Shown piece after piece: positions 8,580-17,840 of a stretch of 64,000 nt of DNA. Location of the stretch: assembly GCA_934561395.1 (NCBI GenBank), contig CAKTGF010000004.1, positions 170,936 to 234,935 on the forward strand, written 5' to 3'. Position 1 is the stretch's first letter. Each line of letters begins with the position of its first letter. The translations under genes and the position numbers were made by a program. The notes under the pieces were generated by a model. It was not told the DNA's origin and did not search any database. It worked only from the letters and a program-made list of their open reading frames with translations. The DNA is from an uncultured Eubacterium sp. (GTDB taxonomy: Bacteria > Bacillota > Clostridia > Oscillospirales > Acutalibacteraceae).

Positions 8580-9478
8580 AGCACTTATTGAAATTACAGG
8601 ATTTGGACAAAAACGAAATTTTAGACATACTTAACCTCGCTGACCAGCTTAAGTATGAAAACCACAACGGCATTAAGCACCATCATCTTAAGGGCAAAAC
8701 CCTTGGCATGATTTTTCAAAAAAGTTCAACCCGCACAAGAGTAAGTTTTGAAACAGGTATGTATCAGCTTGGCGGTCAGGCATTATTTCTTTCAAATAGG
8801 GATTTGCAAATCGGCAGAGGCGAGCCCGTGCAGGACACTGCAAGGGTGCTGTCACGCTATCTTGACGGTATTATGATAAGAACCTTTGAGCAAAAAGAGG
8901 TTGAGGATTTGGCTGAATACGGCTCAATTCCAATTATCAACGGCCTTACCGATTACTGCCACCCCTGCCAGGTGCTTGCAGACCTTATGACAATAAGAGA
9001 ATACAAAAAAAGCTTTGACGGCTTAAAGTTCTGCTTTATCGGCGACGGCAACAACATGGCTAACAGTCTTATTGTAGGTGCAATTACCATGGGTATGGAA
9101 TGTGCAATCGCCTGCCCCGACGATTACAAGCCTGACAGCGAAATAATGAAATGGGCTGAAGAAAACGGCAAATTTACCTGCTCATCCGATATTTTGGCTT
9201 GTGCAAAGGGCGCAGATGTTATTTACACCGATGTTTGGGCATCAATGGGTCAAGAGGAAGAAAAGGCAGAGAGAGAAAAGATATTTAAAAACTACCAAAT
9301 CAACGATGAGGTTATGGCTGTTGCAAATGACAAGGCAATGGTTCTCCACTGCCTGCCTGCACACAGAGAGGAAGAAATAACCGCAAAGGTATTTGAGGAG
9401 CATGCAAACGAAATTTTTGACGAGGCTGAAAACAGGCTCCACGCTCAAAAGGCAGTTTTGGTTAAATTATTAGGATAA
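8576..9478 (+). CDS. argF: Ornithine carbamoyltransferase
   Basis: 'STRTRVSFE' carbamoyl-phosphate-binding motif and 'HCLPA' motif. The start overlaps the argD stop (ATGA). Confidence 0.9.
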   Translation: MKHLLKLQDLDKNEILDILNLADQLKYENHNGIKHHHLKGKTLGMIFQKSSTRTRVSFETGMYQLGGQALFLSNRDLQIGRGEPVQDTARVLSRYLDGIMIRTFEQKEVEDLAEYGSIPIINGLTDYCHPCQVLADLMTIREYKKSFDGLKFCFIGDGNNMANSLIVGAITMGMECAIACPDDYKPDSEIMKWAEENGKFTCSSDILACAKGADVIYTDVWASMGQEEEKAEREKIFKNYQINDEVMAVANDKAMVLHCLPAHREEEITAKVFEEHANEIFDEAENRLHAQKAVLVKLLG

Positions 9479-9494
9479 TAAATCGGTAATTGTT

Positions 9495-10574
9495 ATGACA
9501 GAAAATAAAGAAATTTACATTTGCCTTGAAAACGGTCAAACATTTAAGGGCTACAGCTTTGGTGCGGAAAGCGATGTAATAGGCGAGCTTGTTTTCACAA
9601 CGGGTATGGGCGGTTATATCGAAACCCTGACCGACCCCAGCTATTACGGACAGATTGTAATGCAAACCTTCCCCCTTATCGGCAACTACGGCATGATAAG
9701 CGAGGATATGGAAAGCAAAAAATCCTATGTAAGCGCCTATGTTGTAAGAGAAAAGTGCGATAACCCGTCAAATTTCAGATGTGAGGGCACACTTGAGAAC
9801 TTTTTAAAGGAAAACAATATAGTGGGCGTTTACGGCGTTGACACAAGGGAGATTACAAAAATTATCCGTGAAAGCGGCGTTATGAACGCACAAATCACAA
9901 CCAACCCAAATAAGGTTGATTATGAAAAAATAAAGGAATACAAGGTAACAAAGGCTGTTGAAAGCGTTTCAACCCACAAGCCCGAGCTTTCACCCAGCAA
10001 GGAACACAAATTTAATGTTGTGCTACTTGACTACGGCGCAAAAAAGAACATTATCAGAGAGCTTAACAAGCGTGGCTGCAATGTGGCGGTTATGCCATAC
10101 AACACCAAAGCCGAGGATATCTTAAAATTAGGCGTTGACGGCGTTATGCTTTCAAACGGCCCCGGCGACCCCGGCGAAAACACCGAGGCTGTGGAGGAGC
10201 TTAAAAAACTTATAGGCAAGGTGCCCATTTTCGGAATTTGCCTTGGCCATCAGCTTTTGGCACTGGCTATGGGCGGCGAAACCACAAAGCTTAAATACGG
10301 CCACAGAGGCGTTAACCAGCCTGTTAAAAACCTTGAAACAGGCAGAACCTACATTTCGTCCCAAAACCACGGCTATGCGGTGGTTAGCGAAAGCGTTGAA
10401 AAAAGTGGCGGCGTTATTATGTATGTTAACGCTAACGACAACACCTGCGAGGGTGTGGATTACCCTGACAAAATGGCATTTTCGGTACAATTTCATCCGG
10501 AGGCTTGCTCAGGCCCGCATGACACACAGTTTATTTTTGACAAATTTATTAAAATGATGGGAGGTAACAAATAA
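9495..10574 (+). CDS. carA: Carbamoyl-phosphate synthase small (glutaminase) subunit
   Basis: 359 aa with the class-I GATase 'GICLGHQ' catalytic Cys motif. The stop overlaps the carB start. Confidence 0.9.
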   Translation: MTENKEIYICLENGQTFKGYSFGAESDVIGELVFTTGMGGYIETLTDPSYYGQIVMQTFPLIGNYGMISEDMESKKSYVSAYVVREKCDNPSNFRCEGTLENFLKENNIVGVYGVDTREITKIIRESGVMNAQITTNPNKVDYEKIKEYKVTKAVESVSTHKPELSPSKEHKFNVVLLDYGAKKNIIRELNKRGCNVAVMPYNTKAEDILKLGVDGVMLSNGPGDPGENTEAVEELKKLIGKVPIFGICLGHQLLALAMGGETTKLKYGHRGVNQPVKNLETGRTYISSQNHGYAVVSESVEKSGGVIMYVNANDNTCEGVDYPDKMAFSVQFHPEACSGPHDTQFIFDKFIKMMGGNK

Positions 10575-13500
10575 TGCCTCTTGATAAAAGCATAAAAAAG
10601 GTACTTATGATTGGCTCAGGGCCGATAGTTATCGGTCAGGCTGCGGAATTTGACTACGCAGGCGCACAGGCCTGCCGTGTTTTAAGGGATGAGGGCATTG
10701 AGGTTGTGCTTATCAACTCTAACCCTGCAACAATTATGACTGACAATGCCCTGGCAGACCATATTTACCTTGAACCTTTAACGGAAGGAACCGTAAAGCG
10801 TATAATCGAAATTGAACGCCCGGACTCAATATTATGCGGCCTTGGGGGTCAAACAGGACTTACCATCGGCATGCAGCTTGCTAAAGACGGCTACCTTGAC
10901 CAAATGGGCGTTAGGCTCCTTGGCACAAACGCCGAGGCTATTGATAAAGCTGAGGACAGGCAAATGTTCCGTGACACAATGGTTAAGCTTAACCAGCCCG
11001 TTGTGCCCAGCGACATTGCAAACGACCTTGAAACTGCAAAAAAAATCGCCGACGAAATCGGCTACCCTGTTATTATTCGCCCGGCATTCACATTGGGCGG
11101 TGCTGGCGGCGGCGTTGCTTACAACAGGCAGGAGCTTGACATTATTGCCAAAAACGGCTTAATGCTCTCCCCTATCACACAAATTTTGGTAGAAAAATAT
11201 ATCGCAGGCTGGAAAGAAATTGAGTTTGAGGTTATGCGTGACCATATCGGCAATGTAATTGCCGTGTGCTCAATGGAAAACTTTGACCCTGTAGGAGTGC
11301 ACACCGGCGACAGCATTGTAATTGCTCCGGCTGTTACCCTTTCTGATAAGGAGTACCAAATGCTCCGCTCCGCTTCACTTGACATTATCACGGAGTTAGG
11401 CATTGAGGGCGGCTGCAACTGCCAATTTGCCCTTAACCCCGAAACCTTTGAATACAGCGTTATTGAGGTTAACCCCAGAGTTTCACGGTCGTCTGCGCTG
11501 GCGTCAAAGGCAACAGGCTACCCAATTGCAAAGGTAACAACAAAAATTGCCTTGGGCTACACCCTTGACGAAATTAAAAACGATGTAACAGGCAAAACCT
11601 GCGCTTGCTTTGAACCAACCCTTGACTATGTTGTTGTTAAGGTGCCCAAATGGCCCTTTGACAAATTTGTTCAGGCATCACGCAAGCTTGGCACACAAAT
11701 GAAGGCAACAGGCGAGGTTATGAGCATTGCCCCAACCTTTGAGGCTGCAATAATGAAAGCGGTCAGAGGTGCGGAAATCGGCCTTGACACATTAAACAAC
11801 AAGGCAATAAGCAGCGATAATTTAACAGAGCAACTCCACAGGCAGGACGATTTAAGGCTGTTCACTGTGTTTAAGGCTCTCCAAAACGGTATTTCCGTTG
11901 ATGAAATCCACAACATAACCATGATTGACGAGTGGTTTTTATACAAGCTTAAAAATCTTGTGGAATATGAAAAGGAAATTGCGGGAAATCCACTTTCAAA
12001 GGAGCAGTATTTAAGGGGTAAGAACTATGCCTACCCCGATAAGGCACTTGAAAGAATAAGCGGCTATCCCCTTGCCTTTCATCAAAACTGCGTTTATAAA
12101 ATGGTTGACACCTGCGGCGCGGAATTTGCCGCAGAAACACCATACTTTTATTCAACATACGATGAACACTGCGAATCAAGAGCCCTTGAAAAATCAGGCA
12201 AGGATAAAATTATTGTTCTCGGCTCGGGCCCTATAAGAATAGGTCAGGGCATTGAGTTTGACTACTCCTCGGTTCACTGCGTTTGGACATTAAAGGAGCT
12301 GGGCTACGAGGTTATACTTGTTAACAACAACCCCGAAACCGTATCAACCGACTTTGACACAGGCGACAGGCTTTATTTTGAGCCCCTGTGCGAAGAGGAT
12401 GTAATGAACATTATTAAGGCTGAAAACCCAATAGGCGTTGTAGTTGCGTTCGGCGGTCAAACCGCAATCAAGCTTACAAAATTTTTGGATGAAAACGGCA
12501 TTAAGATTTTGGGCACCTCTGCCGAATCAATTGACATTGCGGAGGACAGAGAGCGCTTTGACGAGTTGCTTGAAAGCTTTGGTATATGCAGACCCAAGGG
12601 CACATCGGTTATGACCCTTGACGAGGCGCTGAATGCCGCCAACACGCTTGAATACCCTGTTCTTCTTCGCCCAAGCTATGTAATCGGCGGTCAGAATATG
12701 ACCATTGCATACACAGACGATGATGTTAAGCAGTATATGTCAATAATTCTTGCGCAAGGCATTGAAAACCCTGTGCTGGTTGACAAATATATGATGGGAA
12801 CAGAACTTGAGGTTGACTGTATAAGCGACGGCAAGGATGTGCTTATTCCCGGAATAATGGAGCATATTGAGCGTGCCGGCGTTCACAGCGGCGACAGCAT
12901 AGCTGTATATCCGCCATACAATCTTAACGATATGATGCTGGAAAAAATATGCGATATTTCACAAAAGCTTGCACTTTCGCTGGGAACAAAGGGCCTTGTT
13001 AACATTCAATATTTAATTTACAGAAACGAGCTTTATGTTATTGAGGTTAACCCCAGAGCGTCACGCACAATACCTTATATCAGCAAGGTTACAGGCGTGC
13101 CTATGGTAGAGCTTGCCACAAAAATTATGGTTGGCTCATCTCTAACTGAATTGGGCTACGGCAAGGGACTGTATCACATTCCCCCGTATTTCGCCGTTAA
13201 GGTGCCTGTATTCAGCTTTGAAAAGCTTAACGATGTTAACTCACAGCTCGGCCCTGAAATGAAATCCACAGGCGAGGTGTTGGGCGTTGGCAAAAACCTT
13301 AAGGAGGCGCTTTTCAAGGGTCTTGTAAGCGCAGGCTTTAATGTTGATGTTAACAAAAACGGCCACGGCGTTCTTATTACCGTTACCAAGCAGGACAGAT
13401 ACGAAATAGTAAACCTTGCCAAAAAGCTTGACGATTTGGGTGCAAAGCTTTGGGCAACCCCTGAAACCGCAAAGGAAATTGCCCGCCTCGGCATTGATGT

Positions 13501-14602
13501 TAATGTTGTTAACAAACTGCAAGACGATAATTCAATTATGAATTTGGTTGAAAGCGGCAAGCTTGACTACATTGTTTACACCGGCAAAAGCGATAAAAAG
13601 TCAATTGCCGATTATATCAAGCTGCACAACCGTGCAAACCAGCTTGGCATTGCCACATTAACCTCACTTGACACAGCAAACGCTTTGGCAGACATAATTG
13701 CATCACGCTACAACCAAAGCAACACAGAGCTTGTGGATATTAACAATATGCGTAAAGAAAAAAGCATACTTAAGTTCTCTAAAATGGAGGGCACCGGGGA
13801 TGACTACATTTTCTTTAATAACCAATGCGGAATTATTACCTGCCCCGAAAGCTTCGCCATTGAATTTTGTGACAGGCATTATTCCATCGGCGGCGACGGC
13901 ATTGTGCTTATTGAAAACAGCACTGTTGCCGACGCTAAAATGAGAATATTCAACCTTGACGGCTCAGAGGGTAAAATGGCAGGAAACTCCATTCGCTCGG
14001 TGGGCAAGTTCCTTTACGATAACGATATTGTTAAAAAGGATAATATGACCATTGAAACAGCTGCAGGCATTAAGCAGCTTAAGCTCTTTACCCGTGAGGG
14101 CAAGGTATCGTCTGTAACGGTTGATATGGGCAAGGTTCAGTTTAAACCCGAGCTGATACCTGTAAGTATTAATAAGAATAAGATTATTAACGAGCCTATC
14201 AGCGTGCTTGATAAGGAATATAACATTACCTGCGTTTCGGTAGGTAACCCCCACTGCGTAGTTTTTGTTGACAATGTTGATAAGGTAGATATTGAAAATG
14301 TAGGCCCTAAGTTTGAAAGCCTTAACATTTTTCCTGAAAGAGTTAATACCGAGTTTGTAAGAGTGGTTAACCCCAACACAATTAAAATGCGTGTTTGGGA
14401 GCGTGGAAACGGCGAAACCCCTGCCTGCGGAACAGGCGCCTGCGCCGCTGTTGCCGCCGCTGTTGAAAACGGCTATTGCAATAAGGGCGAGGATATAATC
14501 GTTAAGCTCCGTGGCGGCGATTTAATCGTTAATTACAGCGACGAAAGAATTACCCTTTCCGGCAACACAAACCTTGTCTATAAAGGCGAAATTGAATATT
14601 AA
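10574..14602 (+). CDS. carB: Carbamoyl-phosphate synthase large subunit fused in frame to a C-terminal diaminopimelate epimerase (DapF) domain
   Basis: 1342 aa, versus ~1060-1075 aa for a typical CarB. Residues ~1-1064 contain the two ATP-grasp halves (including 'EVNPRVSRSSALASKATG'). Residues ~1065-1342 begin 'LKFSKMEGTGDDYIFF' (cf. E. coli DapF 'MQFSKMHGLGNDFMVV') and contain 'GNPHCV' and 'ETPACGTGACAA', the two catalytic-Cys motifs of DapF. There is no stop codon between the two parts. Confidence 0.8.
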   Translation: MPLDKSIKKVLMIGSGPIVIGQAAEFDYAGAQACRVLRDEGIEVVLINSNPATIMTDNALADHIYLEPLTEGTVKRIIEIERPDSILCGLGGQTGLTIGMQLAKDGYLDQMGVRLLGTNAEAIDKAEDRQMFRDTMVKLNQPVVPSDIANDLETAKKIADEIGYPVIIRPAFTLGGAGGGVAYNRQELDIIAKNGLMLSPITQILVEKYIAGWKEIEFEVMRDHIGNVIAVCSMENFDPVGVHTGDSIVIAPAVTLSDKEYQMLRSASLDIITELGIEGGCNCQFALNPETFEYSVIEVNPRVSRSSALASKATGYPIAKVTTKIALGYTLDEIKNDVTGKTCACFEPTLDYVVVKVPKWPFDKFVQASRKLGTQMKATGEVMSIAPTFEAAIMKAVRGAEIGLDTLNNKAISSDNLTEQLHRQDDLRLFTVFKALQNGISVDEIHNITMIDEWFLYKLKNLVEYEKEIAGNPLSKEQYLRGKNYAYPDKALERISGYPLAFHQNCVYKMVDTCGAEFAAETPYFYSTYDEHCESRALEKSGKDKIIVLGSGPIRIGQGIEFDYSSVHCVWTLKELGYEVILVNNNPETVSTDFDTGDRLYFEPLCEEDVMNIIKAENPIGVVVAFGGQTAIKLTKFLDENGIKILGTSAESIDIAEDRERFDELLESFGICRPKGTSVMTLDEALNAANTLEYPVLLRPSYVIGGQNMTIAYTDDDVKQYMSIILAQGIENPVLVDKYMMGTELEVDCISDGKDVLIPGIMEHIERAGVHSGDSIAVYPPYNLNDMMLEKICDISQKLALSLGTKGLVNIQYLIYRNELYVIEVNPRASRTIPYISKVTGVPMVELATKIMVGSSLTELGYGKGLYHIPPYFAVKVPVFSFEKLNDVNSQLGPEMKSTGEVLGVGKNLKEALFKGLVSAGFNVDVNKNGHGVLITVTKQDRYEIVNLAKKLDDLGAKLWATPETAKEIARLGIDVNVVNKLQDDNSIMNLVESGKLDYIVYTGKSDKKSIADYIKLHNRANQLGIATLTSLDTANALADIIASRYNQSNTELVDINNMRKEKSILKFSKMEGTGDDYIFFNNQCGIITCPESFAIEFCDRHYSIGGDGIVLIENSTVADAKMRIFNLDGSEGKMAGNSIRSVGKFLYDNDIVKKDNMTIETAAGIKQLKLFTREGKVSSVTVDMGKVQFKPELIPVSINKNKIINEPISVLDKEYNITCVSVGNPHCVVFVDNVDKVDIENVGPKFESLNIFPERVNTEFVRVVNPNTIKMRVWERGNGETPACGTGACAAVAAAVENGYCNKGEDIIVKLRGGDLIVNYSDERITLSGNTNLVYKGEIEY

Positions 14603-14603
14603 G

Positions 14604-14636
14604 AAAAAACGGTATTGCATTAAGCAATACCGTTTT
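14604..14636. terminator. Bidirectional rho-independent terminator
   Basis: A perfect CGGTATTGC/GCAATACCG stem with a 5-nt loop, flanked by an A-run 5' and a T-run 3'. It lies between the convergent carB-dapF and XRE genes. Confidence 0.85.
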
Positions 14637-14639
14637 AAT

Positions 14640-14888
14640 TTACAAATTAGTTTTATCAATTCTGTTTTCTATTTCTCTTACAATATCGCTCATTTTAACA
14701 TCAAGTGCATTGCTTAAGCGGTACAGTGTTTCCAATGTAGGCTTACGTTCCCCACGCTCAATGGCGGAAAGATGAGTTCTGCCAATATCGGCTAAACCAC
14801 TCAAAACCTCCTGCGAAACACCTTTTCTTTTTCTGAAATCACATATTACATCTCCTACTATTTTTGAATCAAGAACAGGAACAAACAT
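14640..14888 (-). CDS. XRE-family (Cro/C1-type) helix-turn-helix transcriptional regulator
   Basis: 82 aa with 'RKRKGVSQEVLSGLADIGRTHLSAIERGERKPTLETLYRLSNAL', which matches the HTH_3 pattern. Confidence 0.75.
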   Translation of the reverse strand: MFVPVLDSKIVGDVICDFRKRKGVSQEVLSGLADIGRTHLSAIERGERKPTLETLYRLSNALDVKMSDIVREIENRIDKTNL

Positions 14889-14997
14889 AAAATCACCTCA
14901 AATAGATTTTATGATATGTTCAACCGCATTATGACCACATATGTTGACAATTGCACACTTATGTGTTATATTTTTATAATAAGATGAGGTATTTAAA

Positions 14998-15639
14998 ATG
15001 AACGAAAACAATCAACAACCCCAATACCCACAAGGAGAAAATCAACAATTTCAACAAGGGCAGTATTATCAACAACCTGTGTATATGCCCCAGCAGCCTG
15101 TGAAAAAGAAAAAGCCGCTCCATAAAAAGTGGTGGTTTTGGCTAATAATAGTCATTGTAGCTATTGCAATTATATCATCATTGGGTTCACGTGATGACAC
15201 TGCAACAAACGACAATAGTTCCGGTGTTATCAACACATCAGCGGAAAACACAGAGGTTAGTGCATCTGATACAGAAACAACTGAAAATACAACAGAGTCT
15301 ACAACAAAGGAAACCACAACGGAAAAGAAAGTTCCTACCGAATATCATTCCGCCCTTACAAAAGCGCAAACATACAGCGATGTTATGTATATGTCAAAGC
15401 AAGGAATATATGACCAATTAACCTCTGAATACGGCGAAAAGTTTTCAGAGGAAGCTGCAAAATATGCGGTTGAGCATGTCAACGCTGATTGGAATTATAA
15501 TGCATTGCAAAAGGCAAAAACATATCAAGAAGAAATGGCAATGTCCCCTTCAGCAATACATGACCAGCTAACCTCAAGCTATGGAGAGAAATTCACAAAA
15601 AAGCAGGCAGACTATGCAATTGAGCATTTAAACGATTAA
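14998..15639 (+). CDS. Membrane-anchored protein with two Ltp-family (host cell surface-exposed lipoprotein, PF07553-like) repeats and a Gln/Pro-rich N-terminus
   Basis: Q/P-rich residues 1-35, a single TM 'WWFWLIIVIVAIAIISSL', and a Thr/Glu-rich linker. Two repeats of 'Q/TYxxxMAMS..IHDQLTS.YGEKF(S/T)..A.YA(V/I)EH' follow. Confidence 0.6.
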   Translation: MNENNQQPQYPQGENQQFQQGQYYQQPVYMPQQPVKKKKPLHKKWWFWLIIVIVAIAIISSLGSRDDTATNDNSSGVINTSAENTEVSASDTETTENTTESTTKETTTEKKVPTEYHSALTKAQTYSDVMYMSKQGIYDQLTSEYGEKFSEEAAKYAVEHVNADWNYNALQKAKTYQEEMAMSPSAIHDQLTSSYGEKFTKKQADYAIEHLND

Positions 15640-15660
15640 TGCATATTTGCTATAGTTCAC

Positions 15661-15702
15661 AAAAAATCCGAGATTCACTGATTTGTGAATCTCGGATTTT
15701 TT
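15661..15702. terminator. Bidirectional rho-independent terminator
   Basis: A 13-bp perfect stem ATCCGAGATTCAC/GTGAATCTCGGAT flanked by an A6 run and a T6 run. It separates the Ltp-like gene from the convergent glycopolymer operon. Confidence 0.9.
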
Positions 15703-15714
15703 ATAAATATTTAT

Positions 15715-17274
15715 CTAATTTTTCTTTTCCTCATGGTATTCCTGCTCGGTATTAACATTCCAAACAGCGGATTTATCACTTTTGTTATTAACTATTGCGT
15801 CAACGGCCTCAAAGGCGGTTGCCATTGAATGATCCATATTATTATAGCGGTGCTGGCCGTTTCTGCCAATGCAATAAAGGTTATCAAAGCCATTTAAATA
15901 ATCAACAAGCTTATCCATTTCGCTGTAGGTATCAAAATAAGCAGGATATGCCTTTTTAACACGCTCTCTGTGGGAATCAAGCACATTAGCCCTTGAAGAT
16001 ATTACCCCCATTGAAACAAGCTCGTCAACTGCAAGAGAAACACATTCTTCCTCTGTCATATTCCAAAAACTGTCGCCCTCGGTGCAGAAATATTCAAGCC
16101 CAATCCACACGGTATCCTTTGGTTTATTAACCAAATAAGGCGACCAGTTATTGAACACCTGTATTCTACCCAGCTTTACATGGGTATCCTGCACATAAAT
16201 CCAGCAATCGGGCACAATGTTGTTAATGGTTTTAATATCTGTTTTATTTTTAATTTTAAGGGTGTCAACAAGAAGCCCAACGGTTACAAAATCACGGTAC
16301 GGCAGGCCGTCTGCAATGCGCTTAATATCCCCAGGCACATCAAAGCTCATGGAGTCCACCAAATCTTTAACCGGCATTGACGACATTACAATATCGGCAT
16401 TGATTGTGGTTTCCTTACCGTCCTTTAGATAAGTAACTGAGGTCAAGTTGCCGCCGTTACTGTTAACGCCAACCGCCTTTGCATTCATAACAATGCTTGC
16501 GCCGCCGTTTTTAACATCGTCGGCAACCTTTTCCCAAAGCTGACCGGGGCCGTATTTGGGGTAATAAAATTCCTCAATCAAAGAGGTTTCGTCAGACGCC
16601 TTGCCGTTATTAAACAGCTTGCCCAAGGCATTTTTAACAACCTCGCTGACGGAAATGCCCTTTACCCTTTGCTTTCCCCAGCTGGGGTCAATTTGGCTTG
16701 GGTGCCTGCCCCAAAGCTTTTCGGTATAGCCCTCAAAGAAAATTGAATAAAGGGTCTTGCCGAAATGGTTTATATACAAATCCTCAAGGCTGTTTTCCTC
16801 ACGCTTGTGCAGGCAGGAGGCAATGTATGTAACGCCTGATTCAACAGTTCTTTTAAAGCCCATATTAATAAAGGTTTGGGGCTTCATTGAAATGGGATAA
16901 TCGAAAAACTTGTTTAAAAAATATATTCTTGAAACTCGGTTTCTGATAAGAAAAACATTATCCTCTTTTTCAGGGTCGGGTCCACCCGGAGAAAGCCTTT
17001 TTTCCCTGTTTAAAATTTTATCGTCAAAGGCAGGAGCACCCTGAACAGGCAACTTGTCAGCCCACCATTTCATTACCCTTTCATCCTTTGAAAAGAACCT
17101 GTGGCCGCCGATGTCCATTCTGTTGCCGTTATATTTTACGGTTCGTGAAATGCCGCCGATAGCATCGCTTTCCTCAAGAACGGTAATGTTATATTCCCTG
17201 TTACCCTCTTTTAAAAGAGTGTCGGCAGCGGTCAATCCCGCAGGGCCTGCACCGATAATAACTACATTTTTCAT
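15715..17274 (-). CDS. FAD-dependent flavoprotein, UDP-galactopyranose-mutase-like / amine-oxidase fold (long form)
   Basis: N-terminal '[14 protein letters not shown]' dinucleotide fold. '[12 protein letters not shown]' and '[21 protein letters not shown]' resemble the UGM motifs (GPHIFHT; GYTxKQWG). At 519 aa it is longer than the usual ~380-aa UGM. Confidence 0.5.
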   Translation of the reverse strand: MKNVVIIGAGPAGLTAADTLLKEGNREYNITVLEESDAIGGISRTVKYNGNRMDIGGHRFFSKDERVMKWWADKLPVQGAPAFDDKILNREKRLSPGGPDPEKEDNVFLIRNRVSRIYFLNKFFDYPISMKPQTFINMGFKRTVESGVTYIASCLHKREENSLEDLYINHFGKTLYSIFFEGYTEKLWGRHPSQIDPSWGKQRVKGISVSEVVKNALGKLFNNGKASDETSLIEEFYYPKYGPGQLWEKVADDVKNGGASIVMNAKAVGVNSNGGNLTSVTYLKDGKETTINADIVMSSMPVKDLVDSMSFDVPGDIKRIADGLPYRDFVTVGLLVDTLKIKNKTDIKTINNIVPDCWIYVQDTHVKLGRIQVFNNWSPYLVNKPKDTVWIGLEYFCTEGDSFWNMTEEECVSLAVDELVSMGVISSRANVLDSHRERVKKAYPAYFDTYSEMDKLVDYLNGFDNLYCIGRNGQHRYNNMDHSMATAFEAVDAIVNNKSDKSAVWNVNTEQEYHEEKKN

Positions 17275-17280
17275 GGCGAT

Positions 17281-17496
17281 TTATTTCTCCTCATCCTTGG
17301 CGGAAGAAACCGAATAATCAACAATATCATCTTCAATTTCTTTCTTTTCCTCAATATTAAGGGTCTTTTTAACCTTATTTTTAGCACGCCTAAAGACAAT
17401 GCCAACAACGGCGCCCACAGTTATTACCGCACCTGCCACAATTTGTATTGTGTAGCTCATAACAGAAGGGTCAATATACGCTTTATACAGTTCCAT
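17281..17496 (-). CDS. Small single-pass membrane protein (hypothetical)
   Basis: 71 aa with one TM 'IVAGAVITVGAVVGIVF' and a basic/acidic tail. It lies within the operon. Confidence 0.4.
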   Translation of the reverse strand: MELYKAYIDPSVMSYTIQIVAGAVITVGAVVGIVFRRAKNKVKKTLNIEEKKEIEDDIVDYSVSSAKDEEK

Positions 17497-17519
17497 TTTT
17501 ATCTCCCCTTGGCAAAGAA

Positions 17520-17837
17520 TTATTCTTCAATGTCAATATTTTTCTTAACCTTTTTTGATGCCTTTGCGGCAGAAATATATTCGTCAAGGCCCTCGGTATC
17601 AATTTCGCCGGGGTTTTCCATTCCCTTATCAATCATATTATTAAGGGCGTCAAAGCCGTCGGAATATTTATCCTTAACCTGCTGCGAGGCGTTTTTGTTC
17701 ATATCCTCAGAAACATTGTTTGCCAAATCCTTAAGTGAGGATAAAGCGCCCATAAGCTCCTCAGGGGTTGCCTTATCCAAATCCTTTGGCATATTCTTTT
17801 TAACCTGACCGAGAATGTCTGCAAATGAAAATCCCAT
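17520..17837 (-). CDS. Hypothetical soluble acidic protein
   Basis: 105-aa ORF within the operon, tightly spaced with its neighbours. No motif recognised. Confidence 0.4.
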   Translation of the reverse strand: MGFSFADILGQVKKNMPKDLDKATPEELMGALSSLKDLANNVSEDMNKNASQQVKDKYSDGFDALNNMIDKGMENPGEIDTEGLDEYISAAKASKKVKKNIDIEE

Positions 17838-17840
17838 GAT

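Noticed and set aside
10812-14379. Numerous 60-130-aa ORFs on other frames/strand inside carB-dapF (10812-11162, 11119-11418, 11671-11946, 12457-12645, 13174-13560, 13241-13522, 13698-13943, 13964-14254, 14137-14379)
   Set aside because: They are wholly embedded in a strongly conserved coding region. They have no RBS and their composition is skewed. These are shadow ORFs.
2895-15702. An intact prophage spanning the lysis cassette through the XRE/Ltp pair
   Set aside because: The intervening 10 kb is a contiguous, translationally coupled arginine/carbamoyl-phosphate operon. No integrase, terminase, portal, capsid or tail genes are present anywhere in the window.
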